Position numbers and translations under genes: made by a program. A DNA stretch of 64,000 bases from Nitrospirota bacterium (GTDB lineage: Bacteria; Nitrospirota; UBA9217): positions 1,088,001 through 1,152,000 of the forward strand of contig CAWBNQ010000001.1 in the NCBI GenBank assembly GCA_963790205.1, written 5' to 3'. Every line of letters starts with the position of its first letter. The stretch's first letter is position 1. Shown one piece after another: positions 8,910 through 18,936 of the stretch. The notes beneath the pieces are model-generated. The model was not told where the DNA came from. It ran no database searches and saw only the letters and a program-made list of their open reading frames with translations.

Positions 8910-11432
8910 TTATGTGGCTTCACCTGAAACATTTTTTGGGAGGCTACTTTCCAAATCCAAATCACCAAGTGAGTCAATCATGGGAACAATAATTGGAGCA
9001 ATTGCCTTGCTAACCATTTCAACTCTTTGCTCAATACTTTCCTGTGGAGAACGCTCTCTAGTTGTCTCCTTGTCGGCTTCAGTTTTTTTCCTATCTTGAA
9101 CGTCTTGCTGTAATAGCGCGAGGCCAACAAGTACTAGACCATATTTAAAGCGCGCTCTAATAATCTCGGGCTCTTCCTGCCCTGCGGATTTTAATTCCGT
9201 TTTTAAATATAAATTATCCATGTTAATAAAAAAATCATAGATATCAGGTCCGTCAGGATCATCTTCTGCCGCATCTTGTTTACCTGCATTTACGATTCTT
9301 AGTGCTGAATATTGGTCGAAATTATATTGAGACCATTCGGCTTCAAAAATTGGTATAATATTTGGCATTTGTATGCCAGAAGGGATCTCTCGCTCTTGTC
9401 CTTCCTTGTTACTCGGCGGCTTTGGGGGCCGAGGATTGCTAGGTTTAGGTAGCTTGTCAAGTTCCTCTAGTACGTTAACCGAGAACTTATTAATAAATGG
9501 TTCGATACGCGATGGATCGTTAACCCTAGATACAAACTGTAAAACTTGTCCAACGTAAACTCCCTCTGGTTGTTTAAAACTGAGAGTTGCAATGCCATTT
9601 TGAAGATTAACAATGCGATTATGGACTGGAACTGAAATATCCTCGCTTTGATCTAAAAGTGATAACTCAAATTCACCGGTATCTACATCACGGCTAAAGT
9701 AGTCATTTTTGGCATCCGTCTCGAACAAAATTCTACAACGCATATTTATATGACACCCTCGTTCTAATTCGACGGTGTAATTTTTCCCCTTAAATTTGAA
9801 ATAAGATGGAAATTTTTTTCCTTCATAAGGTTTTTCCTCAGACTGACTCTTTAACGTCTTAAAAGGGATAGAGAGACGCTTTCCTTGTAGAAACAGCGCT
9901 GAGAGGATGGGGGAGTGTTGTAAAAGATTTTCAAGAATATTCTCAAGAGGCTTTGAATCGTCGAGTTTAGCGGCTATCTCTTCCCGACGTCGGCGCTCTT
10001 TAAGCTCACGAAGACCATCATGGCTTTTAAGCAAGTCTTCAAGTGACTGTTCGATTTCGCTTTTTAGTTCCACACCGCTAAGACGATCTCGGCTATTCAT
10101 AAAGAGATCTTCACGTGAACGTCCACTCAACTTGCTGCAATCGATAGTAACGAGTAATGAATCGGCAAGATATGAAAGGCCAACTTTTTTTCTAATAAAA
10201 AAATCCGTCGTTAAATGACCATGAGTTTGTCCGTTCATCACGAAAATAATGCCTTCATTTTTTCGATAAGTTTCGGCCCGCCCCTTTTTAAATGCATAAA
10301 TCGTCACCATCATTTCTTCACCCATAACATTCATTTGTGCCGATGCTGGAAAGTCGGGTTCGAGATTTTCAGCCTTATCATCCTCCAACCTAACCTTAAT
10401 TCCGGTCAGTGTTGTGTCAAAACTGCCTGTATGGCCGGCGTACGCTCGGCATTCATGCAAACGAATTGGCAATGCAATATCTGGTAATAGGAGATCTATG
10501 CGGTATAAGATTCCGTCTTTCCGAAGGATATGAGATTTATAATATCCAGTCGCGGCATATTCAAATAATTTTATTAACGTACCCCAGGACGATTCTCGTG
10601 AATAGGCGTTTTGTCCATCAGGGAAAATGGGTAAAGATTTTGACTCGAAAGATAATATATTACCCCTATTAGAGCATTTATCGGCATCTATGGGGGCAAG
10701 ATAGGTATAAGTTGAACTACGACGATTTCCTTCCGGATCTTCTCTTCTAACGATTGTAAACCCCCACTGCATATCTCTAGACGTGCACGAATCGGTATTT
10801 AATAAGGCGGGATTGCGTTTGCTTACAATTAATTCTAAATTGCGTTTTCCACAAAACTTCAAGACGCCCGTACCACCCATGTTGAATTTGCCTTGAACAA
10901 ACGGAATTCTAAGCTTGTTAGAGCGATTAAGAGAAAGAAGCGTGTTTGGCATAGCGTCTGGAGTTTGCCCTTCACCACTGTCAGAAATAGTAAAGCAAAG
11001 ATTGCCTACCTTCGCAGTAGCACCTGTTGCAGCAAGTGTAATTCCACGTGAAATCTCTGTACGTTTCGACGGAGACCATTCTCTTATTAGTCCCGCATGT
11101 GCTGCGATCGGATTTATTGCCGATTCGAAGAAGAGAGCAACAGCCTCTCGTATTGTATGCGGGGCTTTTGACCCCTCAGGGTCTATTTTATGGACGAGAC
11201 ATTCATTCATGAGTCTAGCGTCTACGCTGTTTACTAGTTTTTCAACAAGTGCAGCGTCAGGCTTGCTTTGCTGATTGCCCATCGTGTTATAGTTACTTTC
11301 ATAGTCCCCGTAGAAACGCCAACATTCATGTCTATCCCAAAAACCTGCCTTTTGCAGAAGAGCAATAACTTCCGTTTCAGAATCAGACGTTATCAGCGTC
11401 AAACAAAGGGTTTTAAGTTCTTCGTTGTTCAT
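8910..11432 (-). CDS. Large GHKL (MutL/MORC-like) ATPase domain protein
   Basis: N-box EKLVNSVDA, G1 ISDSGEG, G2 QGKFNMGGTG, later WGTLI; long uncharacterised C-terminal region. Confidence 0.75.
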   Translation of the reverse strand: MNNEELKTLCLTLITSDSETEVIALLQKAGFWDRHECWRFYGDYESNYNTMGNQQSKPDAALVEKLVNSVDARLMNECLVHKIDPEGSKAPHTIREAVALFFESAINPIAAHAGLIREWSPSKRTEISRGITLAATGATAKVGNLCFTISDSGEGQTPDAMPNTLLSLNRSNKLRIPFVQGKFNMGGTGVLKFCGKRNLELIVSKRNPALLNTDSCTSRDMQWGFTIVRREDPEGNRRSSTYTYLAPIDADKCSNRGNILSFESKSLPIFPDGQNAYSRESSWGTLIKLFEYAATGYYKSHILRKDGILYRIDLLLPDIALPIRLHECRAYAGHTGSFDTTLTGIKVRLEDDKAENLEPDFPASAQMNVMGEEMMVTIYAFKKGRAETYRKNEGIIFVMNGQTHGHLTTDFFIRKKVGLSYLADSLLVTIDCSKLSGRSREDLFMNSRDRLSGVELKSEIEQSLEDLLKSHDGLRELKERRRREEIAAKLDDSKPLENILENLLQHSPILSALFLQGKRLSIPFKTLKSQSEEKPYEGKKFPSYFKFKGKNYTVELERGCHINMRCRILFETDAKNDYFSRDVDTGEFELSLLDQSEDISVPVHNRIVNLQNGIATLSFKQPEGVYVGQVLQFVSRVNDPSRIEPFINKFSVNVLEELDKLPKPSNPRPPKPPSNKEGQEREIPSGIQMPNIIPIFEAEWSQYNFDQYSALRIVNAGKQDAAEDDPDGPDIYDFFINMDNLYLKTELKSAGQEEPEIIRARFKYGLVLVGLALLQQDVQDRKKTEADKETTRERSPQESIEQRVEMVSKAIAPIIVPMIDSLGDLDLESSLPKNVSGEAT

Positions 11433-11466
11433 AATTTGTTTCTCCTTTTATGAGTAAACAATATCT

Positions 11467-11694
11467 TTACAATTCAAACTCGATTTTCTCATCCTGTCCC
11501 TTTCTTTCAAATCTTGCCTTAACATCATTAATAGCATTAGAAAGTGCTTTGTAAATTTTTCTGGCGTCCTCGTCAGTATAGCTATAATTACTTCTATTTG
11601 ATAAGTTTCCGATTAGTCTAATGTCATTTAATGCCCGTCTGACCCTCTTTTGTGCTAAATCTACAAACTTTTTTCTATCTCTTTCTTTACTCAT
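11467..11694 (-). CDS. Small helical conserved hypothetical protein upstream of the GHKL ATPase
   Basis: KFVDLAQKRVRRALNDIRLIGNLSNRSNYSYT; GGAG RBS; I recall this type of protein beside RM/MORC loci. Confidence 0.75.
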   Translation of the reverse strand: MSKERDRKKFVDLAQKRVRRALNDIRLIGNLSNRSNYSYTDEDARKIYKALSNAINDVKARFERKGQDEKIEFEL

Positions 11695-11715
11695 AATATC
11701 CTCCAATTATGTAAG

Positions 11716-11752
11716 TAGTACATATTATAAATGTACTATGCATAAATGTCAA
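11716..11752 (-). promoter_or_regulatory. Consensus sigma70 promoter overlapped by an inverted-repeat operator
   Basis: Minus strand TTGACA-N17-TATAAT (11752-11724); TAGTACAT-N7-ATGTACTA (11716-11738) brackets the -10. Confidence 0.8.
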
Positions 11753-11919
11753 CTATAAAGTAATATATATTTAATAAATGCAATTACGGCATATTACTGA
11801 ATTCTGAGCTGTATCCATAAATGGCTCTCATTGAGGCTTTATTATTTTGACAGCAGCGTTTTAAACTGATAAAGTCTCTGCGTATTCTATGCATAGCTGT
11901 CCTAAGGGAGATATAGTAA

Positions 11920-12603
11920 TTGGGACTAGGTGAACTATATTCACAAAACGTTTTTGCAGTCGCTCAAGAACTTAAGAAAAAGTATAAAGATTTTCAACAT
12001 TATAATAAAAAAAATCCTCTTGATGAGTTAATTTTTATTCTTTGTAGCATAAAGCGCAGTGAGCGAGTTTACTGTCGAGCCTTTAAATCTTTAAAGCAAG
12101 CGTATCCTTCATTCGCAAAACTTAGTCAAGCGTCTGAAGGAGAACTTGTCACACAGGTATCATGGGGCGGCTTGCAGAATTATAAAGCAAAGACACTTAG
12201 AGGTCTTATGAACGCAATAACTGTGAAATTCGGTCGGCCGACCCTTGCACCACTTTTCAACATGACGCAAGCTGAGTGCGAAAACTTTCTCTGTTCTCTT
12301 CCAGGCGTAGGGAAAAAAGTTGCCAGATGTGTAATGTTGTATTCACTCAATATGAAAGTTTATCCCGTGGATACACATTGCTGTAGAGTTTCACGGAGGA
12401 TAGGCTGGCTAAAGTCCACAACGAAAAATAAGTTCTGCTCATCTGTTGAGATGGACTCGCTACAAGAAATGATCCCTCCGAAATTGCGACTTTCATTGCA
12501 TGTTAACATGATTTCGTTAGGTAGAGATAAATGCTTAGCCCAATTTCCAAAATGTAGTAGTTGCCCAATATCAAGATACTGCCTTGAAGTTAGTACTTCT
12601 TAA
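11920..12603 (+). CDS. Endonuclease III-like HhH-GPD DNA glycosylase with 4Fe-4S motif
   Basis: HhH LPGVGKKVARC, PVDTH, C-terminal CLAQFPKCSSCPISRYC. Confidence 0.88.
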   Translation: MGLGELYSQNVFAVAQELKKKYKDFQHYNKKNPLDELIFILCSIKRSERVYCRAFKSLKQAYPSFAKLSQASEGELVTQVSWGGLQNYKAKTLRGLMNAITVKFGRPTLAPLFNMTQAECENFLCSLPGVGKKVARCVMLYSLNMKVYPVDTHCCRVSRRIGWLKSTTKNKFCSSVEMDSLQEMIPPKLRLSLHVNMISLGRDKCLAQFPKCSSCPISRYCLEVSTS

Positions 12604-12960
12604 TATATGCAATATGAAAAAACCAATGAATTAATTAGGAGTACTCTATTAAGATAGTCTATTATGAATCGAATCAGATATCATCAATGTGAGTATCAGG
12701 ATATTCTGACAGAAATTACATATAGGGGTGGACTATGTGGCAGATAGAAGTCCGGCATGATGGTCTCAATAAATATCGTGTTATTAGAGGGAACGACAAA
12801 TACATTGTTGATCAAAAAGCGGAAGCCCAGAAAGCAGTCTGGGACGAGATGTGGCAGAAGAGGGTTGTGAGGGAACAACAGGCTCGCAAAACACAGTCGA
12901 AGCTTGACGAAGCTGAGGCCAGAACCAAGAATGCTTCCGATGCTATTGCAGCACTCACTA

Positions 12961-14061
12961 ATACAAACGCACTAAGTAATGTTACAAAGTCGCCTGACTT
13001 TGTGCTTTGACCACGAGTCAAGCGTCCTTTGGACCGTTGCCCAGATTGCGTCAAGGTTATCGAACCACCGGTTGGTAGTTGATTCATAGCGAATCTGGCG
13101 CCATATGCGTTCCTGCATATTCAAGGCAGGCTGATATGGTGGTAAGTACACAATCCGGAGTCGTTTATGCTTTCTGAGAAACTCCCGGATTGGGTCACCC
13201 CTATGCCAACGAGCTCGGTCAACATACAGCCAGATAGTGTAGCCACGAAGCTGGCTATAAAGGTGCCGCAGCACTTTGAGAAAACCTTCTCGGTTGCCAC
13301 GTTCCGTTTGGATGACGCCGGCACGAGCCAGAAGAGGAGCCACCCAGCCGGAAACATTCAAACGTTTCTGATGCTGGCTGGTTGTCGGCACTTTCAACCG
13401 TTTCCCGATGAGCGCCCAGCCGCGGCCAAGCCGAGGGTGCAGAGTAAAACCGCATTCGTCCTGAAAAACCACAGTTTCTTTAGGACCCAGCGTTTTGAGT
13501 TTTTTTTAGGCTCCTGGCAAACTTCTTCGCGTCTTCTGCCTTTGCCTGGAGATAAACGTGATTGGCTCGCTTTAACCGATACCCAAGTTGATGCATCCAG
13601 TATTGGGCCTGACGGACTTTCAGCTTTATCCCGAACTGGCGCTGTAAATGAGTTGCCAAAGTGGGGCCATCCCATCGAATACGATTTAAGCCGAACTTCT
13701 GGGGCGATTCCTCCAGTTGAAGCTCTAGCTGAGCTACGATCTTAGGAGTCATCCGAACTGGACGGCCTGACTGCTTTTTCGGGACAAGGGCTTCTACTCC
13801 GTCCTTGTTTACCGCCCGCGTCCAGCGGTTTACGTTCATCCGGGTCTGGCCTAGGACTTCTGAGATCCACCCCGGTCGTTGACCCTCCATTACCAAGAGG
13901 AGGGTAGCTATCTTTATGCCGATCCAAGCTCCTGGCACCTTCTCTGCGAGGGCCAGCAATTGCTCTTTGGACACCTTTATTGGGCTTGCAGGGGATGTTT
14001 TCATGCCCCCAGAATAACATAAAGTATGGTTAAAGTGTAACAATATTTACTGCGTTTGTAT
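12961..14061 (-). mobile_element. IS630-family insertion sequence, copy 1 (1101 bp)
   Basis: Imperfect terminal IRs ATACAAACGCACTAAGTAATGTTAC / GTAACAATATTTACTGCGTTTGTAT; TA duplicated (12959-60, 14062-63). Confidence 0.93.
12972..14004 (-). CDS. IS630 transposase in two frames (HTH ORF 14004-13480, DDE ORF ending 12972) joined at an A8 tract
   Basis: FQDECGF, VDRARWH, YLPPYQPALNMQERIW DDE motifs; A8 run at 13500-13507. Confidence 0.9.
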
Positions 14062-14288
14062 TAATATATTAAAACATGGCCTGAAAGTTGACGACGCGAT
14101 CAAATGGGAATCCCTCAAGGACAGGTCCAATTTTCCAAAACCCAAGCCGGATTCTCCTGCCCCGTTGAATCCTCGTCCGGTACCTAAAGAAACAGATCCG
14201 CAATTACGACCAAGGATCGGTTTTTTCGAACGGTTTATAGCGTCCAGGCGTGAGAAGCGAATCAACGAGGCCAAGCAGCGTTTCACTA

Positions 14289-15389
14289 ATACAAACGCAC
14301 TAAGTAATGTTACAAAGTCGCCTGACTTTGTGCTTTGACCACGAGTCAAGCGTCCTTTGGACCGTTGCCCAGATTGCGTCAAGGTTATCGAACCACCGGT
14401 TGGTGGTTGATTCGTAGCGAATCTGTCGCCATATCCGTTCCTGCATATTCAAAGCAGGCTGATAGGGAGGTAAGTACACAACCCGGAGTCGTTTATGCTT
14501 TCGGAGGAACTCCCGGATCGGATCACCCCTATGCCAACGAGCTCGGTCAACATACAGCCAGATAGTGTAGCCACGAAGCTGGCTATAAAGGTGCCGCAGC
14601 GCTTTGAGAAAGCCTTCTCGGTTGCCGCGTTCCGTTTGGATCACTCCGGCACGACCCAGAAGAGGAGCCACCCAGCCGGAAACATTCAAACGTTTCTGAT
14701 GCTGGCTGGTTGTCGGAACTTTGTGTCGTTTTCCGATAAGCGCCCAGACGCGCCCAAGTCGAGGGTGCAGAGTAAAGCCGCATTCGTCCTGAAAAACCAC
14801 GGTTTCTTTAGGACCCAGCGTTTTGAGTTTTTTTTAGGCTCCTGGCGAATTTCTTCGCGTCTTCTGCCTTCGCCTGGAGATAAACGTGATTTGCACGTTT
14901 TAACCGATACCCAAGTTGATGCATCCAGTATTGGGCCTGACGGACTTTCAGCTTTATCCCGAACCGGCGCTGTAAATGGGTTGCCAAAGTGGGGCCATCC
15001 CATCGAACACGATTTAAGCCGAACTTCTGGGGCGATTCCTCCAGTTGAAGCTCTAGCTGAGCTACAATCTTAGGGGTCATCCGAACTGGACGGCCTGACT
15101 GCTTTTTCGGGACAAGGGCTTCTACTCCGTCCTTGTTTACCGCCCGCGTCCAGCGGTTTACGTTCATCCGGGTCTGGCCGAGGACCTCTGAGATCCACCC
15201 CGGTCGTTGCCCTTCCAGCACCAAGAGAAGGGTTGCTATCTTAATGCCGATCCAAGCTCCTGGCACCTTCTCTGCAAGTGCCAGTAATTGCTCTTTGGAC
15301 ACCTTGATTGGGCTTATAGGGGCTGTTTTCATGCCCCCAGCATAACATAAACGAAGATTAAAGTGTAACAATATTTACTGCGTTTGTAT
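14289..15389 (-). mobile_element. IS630-family insertion sequence, copy 2 (1101 bp, diverged isoform)
   Basis: Same IRs as copy 1; TA duplicated (14287-88, 15390-91); several substitutions versus copy 1. Confidence 0.93.
14300..15332 (-). CDS. IS630 transposase in two frames joined at an A8 tract
   Basis: Same motifs as copy 1; A8 run at 14828-14835. Confidence 0.9.
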
Positions 15390-16699
15390 TAGTAATTACG
15401 CAGCTTGGGTGAAAGAAAAGGAAAAAGTCGATCACGAGAATACGGACCGAGAAAAAACCTACCAAGGCTATTTAGAAAAATGGGAATCTGAGAAAAAAGC
15501 GTTTCTTGAAAAACAAAGGGAAACTAACAATGCTGTCGATAAGCGGAAGGAATTGTATAACAGCAAGGCACCGGACGCGGTTGTCGACTACTGCGAGCTC
15601 GTTTTATCCAATTCCGAATATCCTGACTATTTCCCCAAAGAGTTCGATTTGGACTACAATACTGAGACAAAGATCCTGATCGTAGAGTACTCTCTTCCTT
15701 CGGTTGATGACATCCCGAAAGTCAAAGAGGCCAAATACGTCAAATCCCGGAATGAGCTTGTTGAATCTTTACTATCGGAATCGGTCGTTAATAAAATATA
15801 CGATAGTCTGATTTATCAAATTGCTCTGCGGACAATACATGAGCTTTATGAGGCAGATACTGTGACAGCTCTACCCTCCATTGTTTTTAATGGCTGGGTA
15901 GAATCTATTGACAAAGCTACCGGGAAAAAAGTAAACGCATGTATCATCTCCGTACAGGCTATGCGAGAAGAATTTCTTGCCATCAACTTGGATAATGTCG
16001 ATCCAAAGGCGTGTTTTAAGATTCTCAAGGGAGTCGGCAGCTCCAAGCTCCATAGTTTGACTCCGATCGCGCCGATCTTGAATATCAACCGCGACGACAA
16101 ACGGTTTATTTCCTCGTATCCGGTGGTCGATGGTCTGGACGAGTCAAGCAATTTAGCGGCAATGGATTGGGAGGATTTTGAGCATCTGATTCGTGAGGTA
16201 TTCGAAAAAGAGTTTTCACAGTCCGGCGGAGAAGTAAAAGTGACGCAGGCGAGTCGAGACGGAGGGGTCGATGCAATCGCGTTCGACCCTGACCCTATCC
16301 GCGGGGGGAAAATCGTGATCCAAGCCAAGCGTTACACGAATACGGTCGGCGTTTCAGCGGTACGCGATCTTTACGGGACTGTTATGAACGAAGGAGCAAC
16401 CAAGGGTATTCTTGTGACTACGGCGGATTATGGTCCGGATGCTTATGATTTTGCAAAAAGTAAACCGCTGACCTTACTTAACGGCAGCAACCTTTTGCAC
16501 TTACTAGAAAAGCATGGCCACAAAGCCACTATCAACTTGAAAGCTGCCAAACAGATACTCGCGGAACAGGAGAAGGCGAATTGAGTAAGCAATTGACATT
16601 TGGTCATTCATCGTTAAAACTTGCGATGAATGACTCAGTAAATATATTAGGGGGAATAGGCTTACTATCGCACAATTAGGTTGAGAGAGGAGTCCTGCC

Positions 16700-17035
16700 A
16701 TGTCTGATGAAGAGAATAAGTTAGTCGGACCAAAAACGTTTGCACCGCCAGCAAAGGGCGATGATGAAATAGATTTCTCATCATTTTTCCAATATTTGCA
16801 AAGTCAGCAGGGACATGAGATGGCCTCTCGCGTGATCGGTTTGATAGAAGATGTTAAAAAGGCGGCAGTCGATAAGAGCTACTCAAATGTAAAGTTTAAT
16901 CGCTGGATGGAAGCTGGCATCATTGTCGTTGTTATTACAGCCACGGTTTTGCTGAGCATTCTAGATAAGCTCACACCTACCGTTGGTATTTTGTTCGGTT
17001 CTATTGTCGGATATTTCTTTGGTAAAAATAAATAG
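16700..17035 (+). CDS. Small hypothetical protein with two C-terminal TM helices
   Basis: GAGGAG RBS; hydrophobic stretches WMEAGIIVVVITATVLLSIL and VGILFGSIVGYFFG. Confidence 0.75.
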   Translation: MSDEENKLVGPKTFAPPAKGDDEIDFSSFFQYLQSQQGHEMASRVIGLIEDVKKAAVDKSYSNVKFNRWMEAGIIVVVITATVLLSILDKLTPTVGILFGSIVGYFFGKNK

Positions 17036-17067
17036 AGAATTGACCTTATGCCCATTAATTCTACAGC

Positions 17068-18834
17068 TCAAATACAGTTCTTATCGGATATTCTTCTCAA
17101 CAGCTCTTCGCACCATCTGACATAGAAATTATCTTCTTTTGAGGATGGATGTATTTTTGTGTCAAATGTTATTCCTATTTCTTTGAGGTCATTAATGGTA
17201 TCCTCATGCTGTACTTCATCTACAAACCTTTTAACCACCATCATCGCATGCTTCTGGGGATGGGGCAATTGCTCATCTGCAAATAGTAAATACGTACCGG
17301 GGCCATTCGGAAGTCCAGTGTGATCAATTTCAACCAGACAGATATTTTTGCCAGAGTAATTAAAAATCGTTGTTACAAACGTGCGTCTGCTGTCATGACT
17401 TTTATTATAACTTTCCTTGAGAGACAGTAATCCTCTCGCCTTCCGGGTTTTTTTCAATGGGATATCTCGGATGAGAGACATCTCAAAGTTGTGGACATCT
17501 GCATGCTCGTTGAGAAATCCTGTCATATAAAAAAAATCTGCGATGTAGAAATCTTCTCTGCTTCCATTGTTTGGTTCAGTCTGCTTATCTGAGACATCCT
17601 TATCTAGTTCATTTTCTCTTTGATCATTCTCCTGCGATTCCATAGATGCCGGCCTAGTGTCGCTAGCTCCATCAGTGCCTTGCCCGATAACACTTATCTC
17701 GACAGCCGGCCCCATGAGCCTGATAATGGGGAGAACCTCATTCTTGACGGTCGGTTGCTTTCCCTCTACAGTTCCATCGATGATTTTCATTCGCAAGATA
17801 TGTGTATTTGTAATTTTTGTCGAAGGTTTAATCGAAATGGGACTTAAGCGTGAGGTCGGTTTTTTATCGTTTAGTTGTTTCTTTGTAGCCCTTTTTTTAA
17901 TTACGACTACATTACCGTCGCTGTTTTGTTGTTTGTCTGGGTTTGTTTTCTTAGGGAAAGAGATCGTGTCAAAATCAAATTGGCTGTCATCGTCCAGGAT
18001 TTCGAATACGAGTACTTTGTCTTTGCGTAGAGCGGTGTCTTGTAACCAAAGTCCTCTGATTTGCATATGGATTGTTTGCCAAATAGGAAAATCGATTTCG
18101 AGGGGAACGATATTTGACAAGTCGCCCTGTAGCTCCATATTTTTTTTCATTGCCAAAAGGCTTTTATGAACGGCGAGCCACCTTGCGTATGCAAATGGAT
18201 TCTCTTTAAATCTGACAATATGCGGCGCGTCACTTTTGGAGGCGCCTGGCTTCAAATGAACGAAAGCAGTACGTTTTTTGCGATCAAGCTTGATGTCCTC
18301 ATAAAGACCGTCAAGTTTCATCGAAAAAATCTGCCTTCTCATTGAGCTGGAAGTGAAATAATAACATGCGCCGATGACGGCGCATGGAAAAATAATCAGT
18401 TGGTAGTCGTCTTCGAATACAACACAACGCTGGTTCTTATTATACTTTGAAAAATCAAAGTAGCCGTTCATTGTGCGAAACCATTGATTGAGTTTATATT
18501 CGTCGTCTGATAAAACATCCGATATTTTAACAATATGGTTATTATCAGTGGCTTCTATGGTAATGGGATGAATTTCGCCGAGAGGAGGGATTGATTTTAC
18601 CAGTTTTGTGTCCTTGTAATGTTGGCCGATAGCATAATGTCCGTGAAGAAATTCCGGGAAAATGTCCTCGGTTAAGTATATCCCCGAGTCTATATCTTGA
18701 AACAATACCTTGTAAAAGTTGTTGCCTGCGGTCGCATTGATTCCCTGAATACAAAGAAGACGGAATGTCCGATGCTTATGCTTATCACTGGACATCTTGG
18801 GGGTTTTTATGGAATCCAGGTCGATTTGAGTCAT
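17068..18834 (-). CDS. tnsE: Probable TnsE-like target-selection protein
   Basis: 588 aa with two domains and a low-complexity linker; IIFPCAVIGACYY in the N-domain and RRTFVTTIFNYSGKNICLVEID..TYLL in the C-domain resemble TnsE; lies inside the Tn7-like element. Confidence 0.5.
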   Translation of the reverse strand: MTQIDLDSIKTPKMSSDKHKHRTFRLLCIQGINATAGNNFYKVLFQDIDSGIYLTEDIFPEFLHGHYAIGQHYKDTKLVKSIPPLGEIHPITIEATDNNHIVKISDVLSDDEYKLNQWFRTMNGYFDFSKYNKNQRCVVFEDDYQLIIFPCAVIGACYYFTSSSMRRQIFSMKLDGLYEDIKLDRKKRTAFVHLKPGASKSDAPHIVRFKENPFAYARWLAVHKSLLAMKKNMELQGDLSNIVPLEIDFPIWQTIHMQIRGLWLQDTALRKDKVLVFEILDDDSQFDFDTISFPKKTNPDKQQNSDGNVVVIKKRATKKQLNDKKPTSRLSPISIKPSTKITNTHILRMKIIDGTVEGKQPTVKNEVLPIIRLMGPAVEISVIGQGTDGASDTRPASMESQENDQRENELDKDVSDKQTEPNNGSREDFYIADFFYMTGFLNEHADVHNFEMSLIRDIPLKKTRKARGLLSLKESYNKSHDSRRTFVTTIFNYSGKNICLVEIDHTGLPNGPGTYLLFADEQLPHPQKHAMMVVKRFVDEVQHEDTINDLKEIGITFDTKIHPSSKEDNFYVRWCEELLRRISDKNCI

Positions 18835-18936
18835 AATTGAAAAAATTGGTTTTCGGTGGGCATATTATAATAATATTGTAGCCATTGTAGCTAGTTTATT
18901 ATCAGAAATTTTATCGTTATTACAAAATCACTTTTT

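Larger units (their letters stand above)
12735..16584 (+). pseudogene. mrr: Mrr-family restriction endonuclease gene interrupted by two IS630 insertions
   Basis: Segments 12735-12960 + 14064-14288 + 15392-16584 join into a 1644-nt uninterrupted frame (547 aa); C-terminal WEDFE...DGGVDAIA...IQAKRY Mrr catalytic motif. Confidence 0.9.

Noticed and set aside
12961..15389. Composite transposon formed by two IS630 copies
   Set aside because: The enclosed 225 bp is the in-frame middle of mrr and each IS has its own TA duplication
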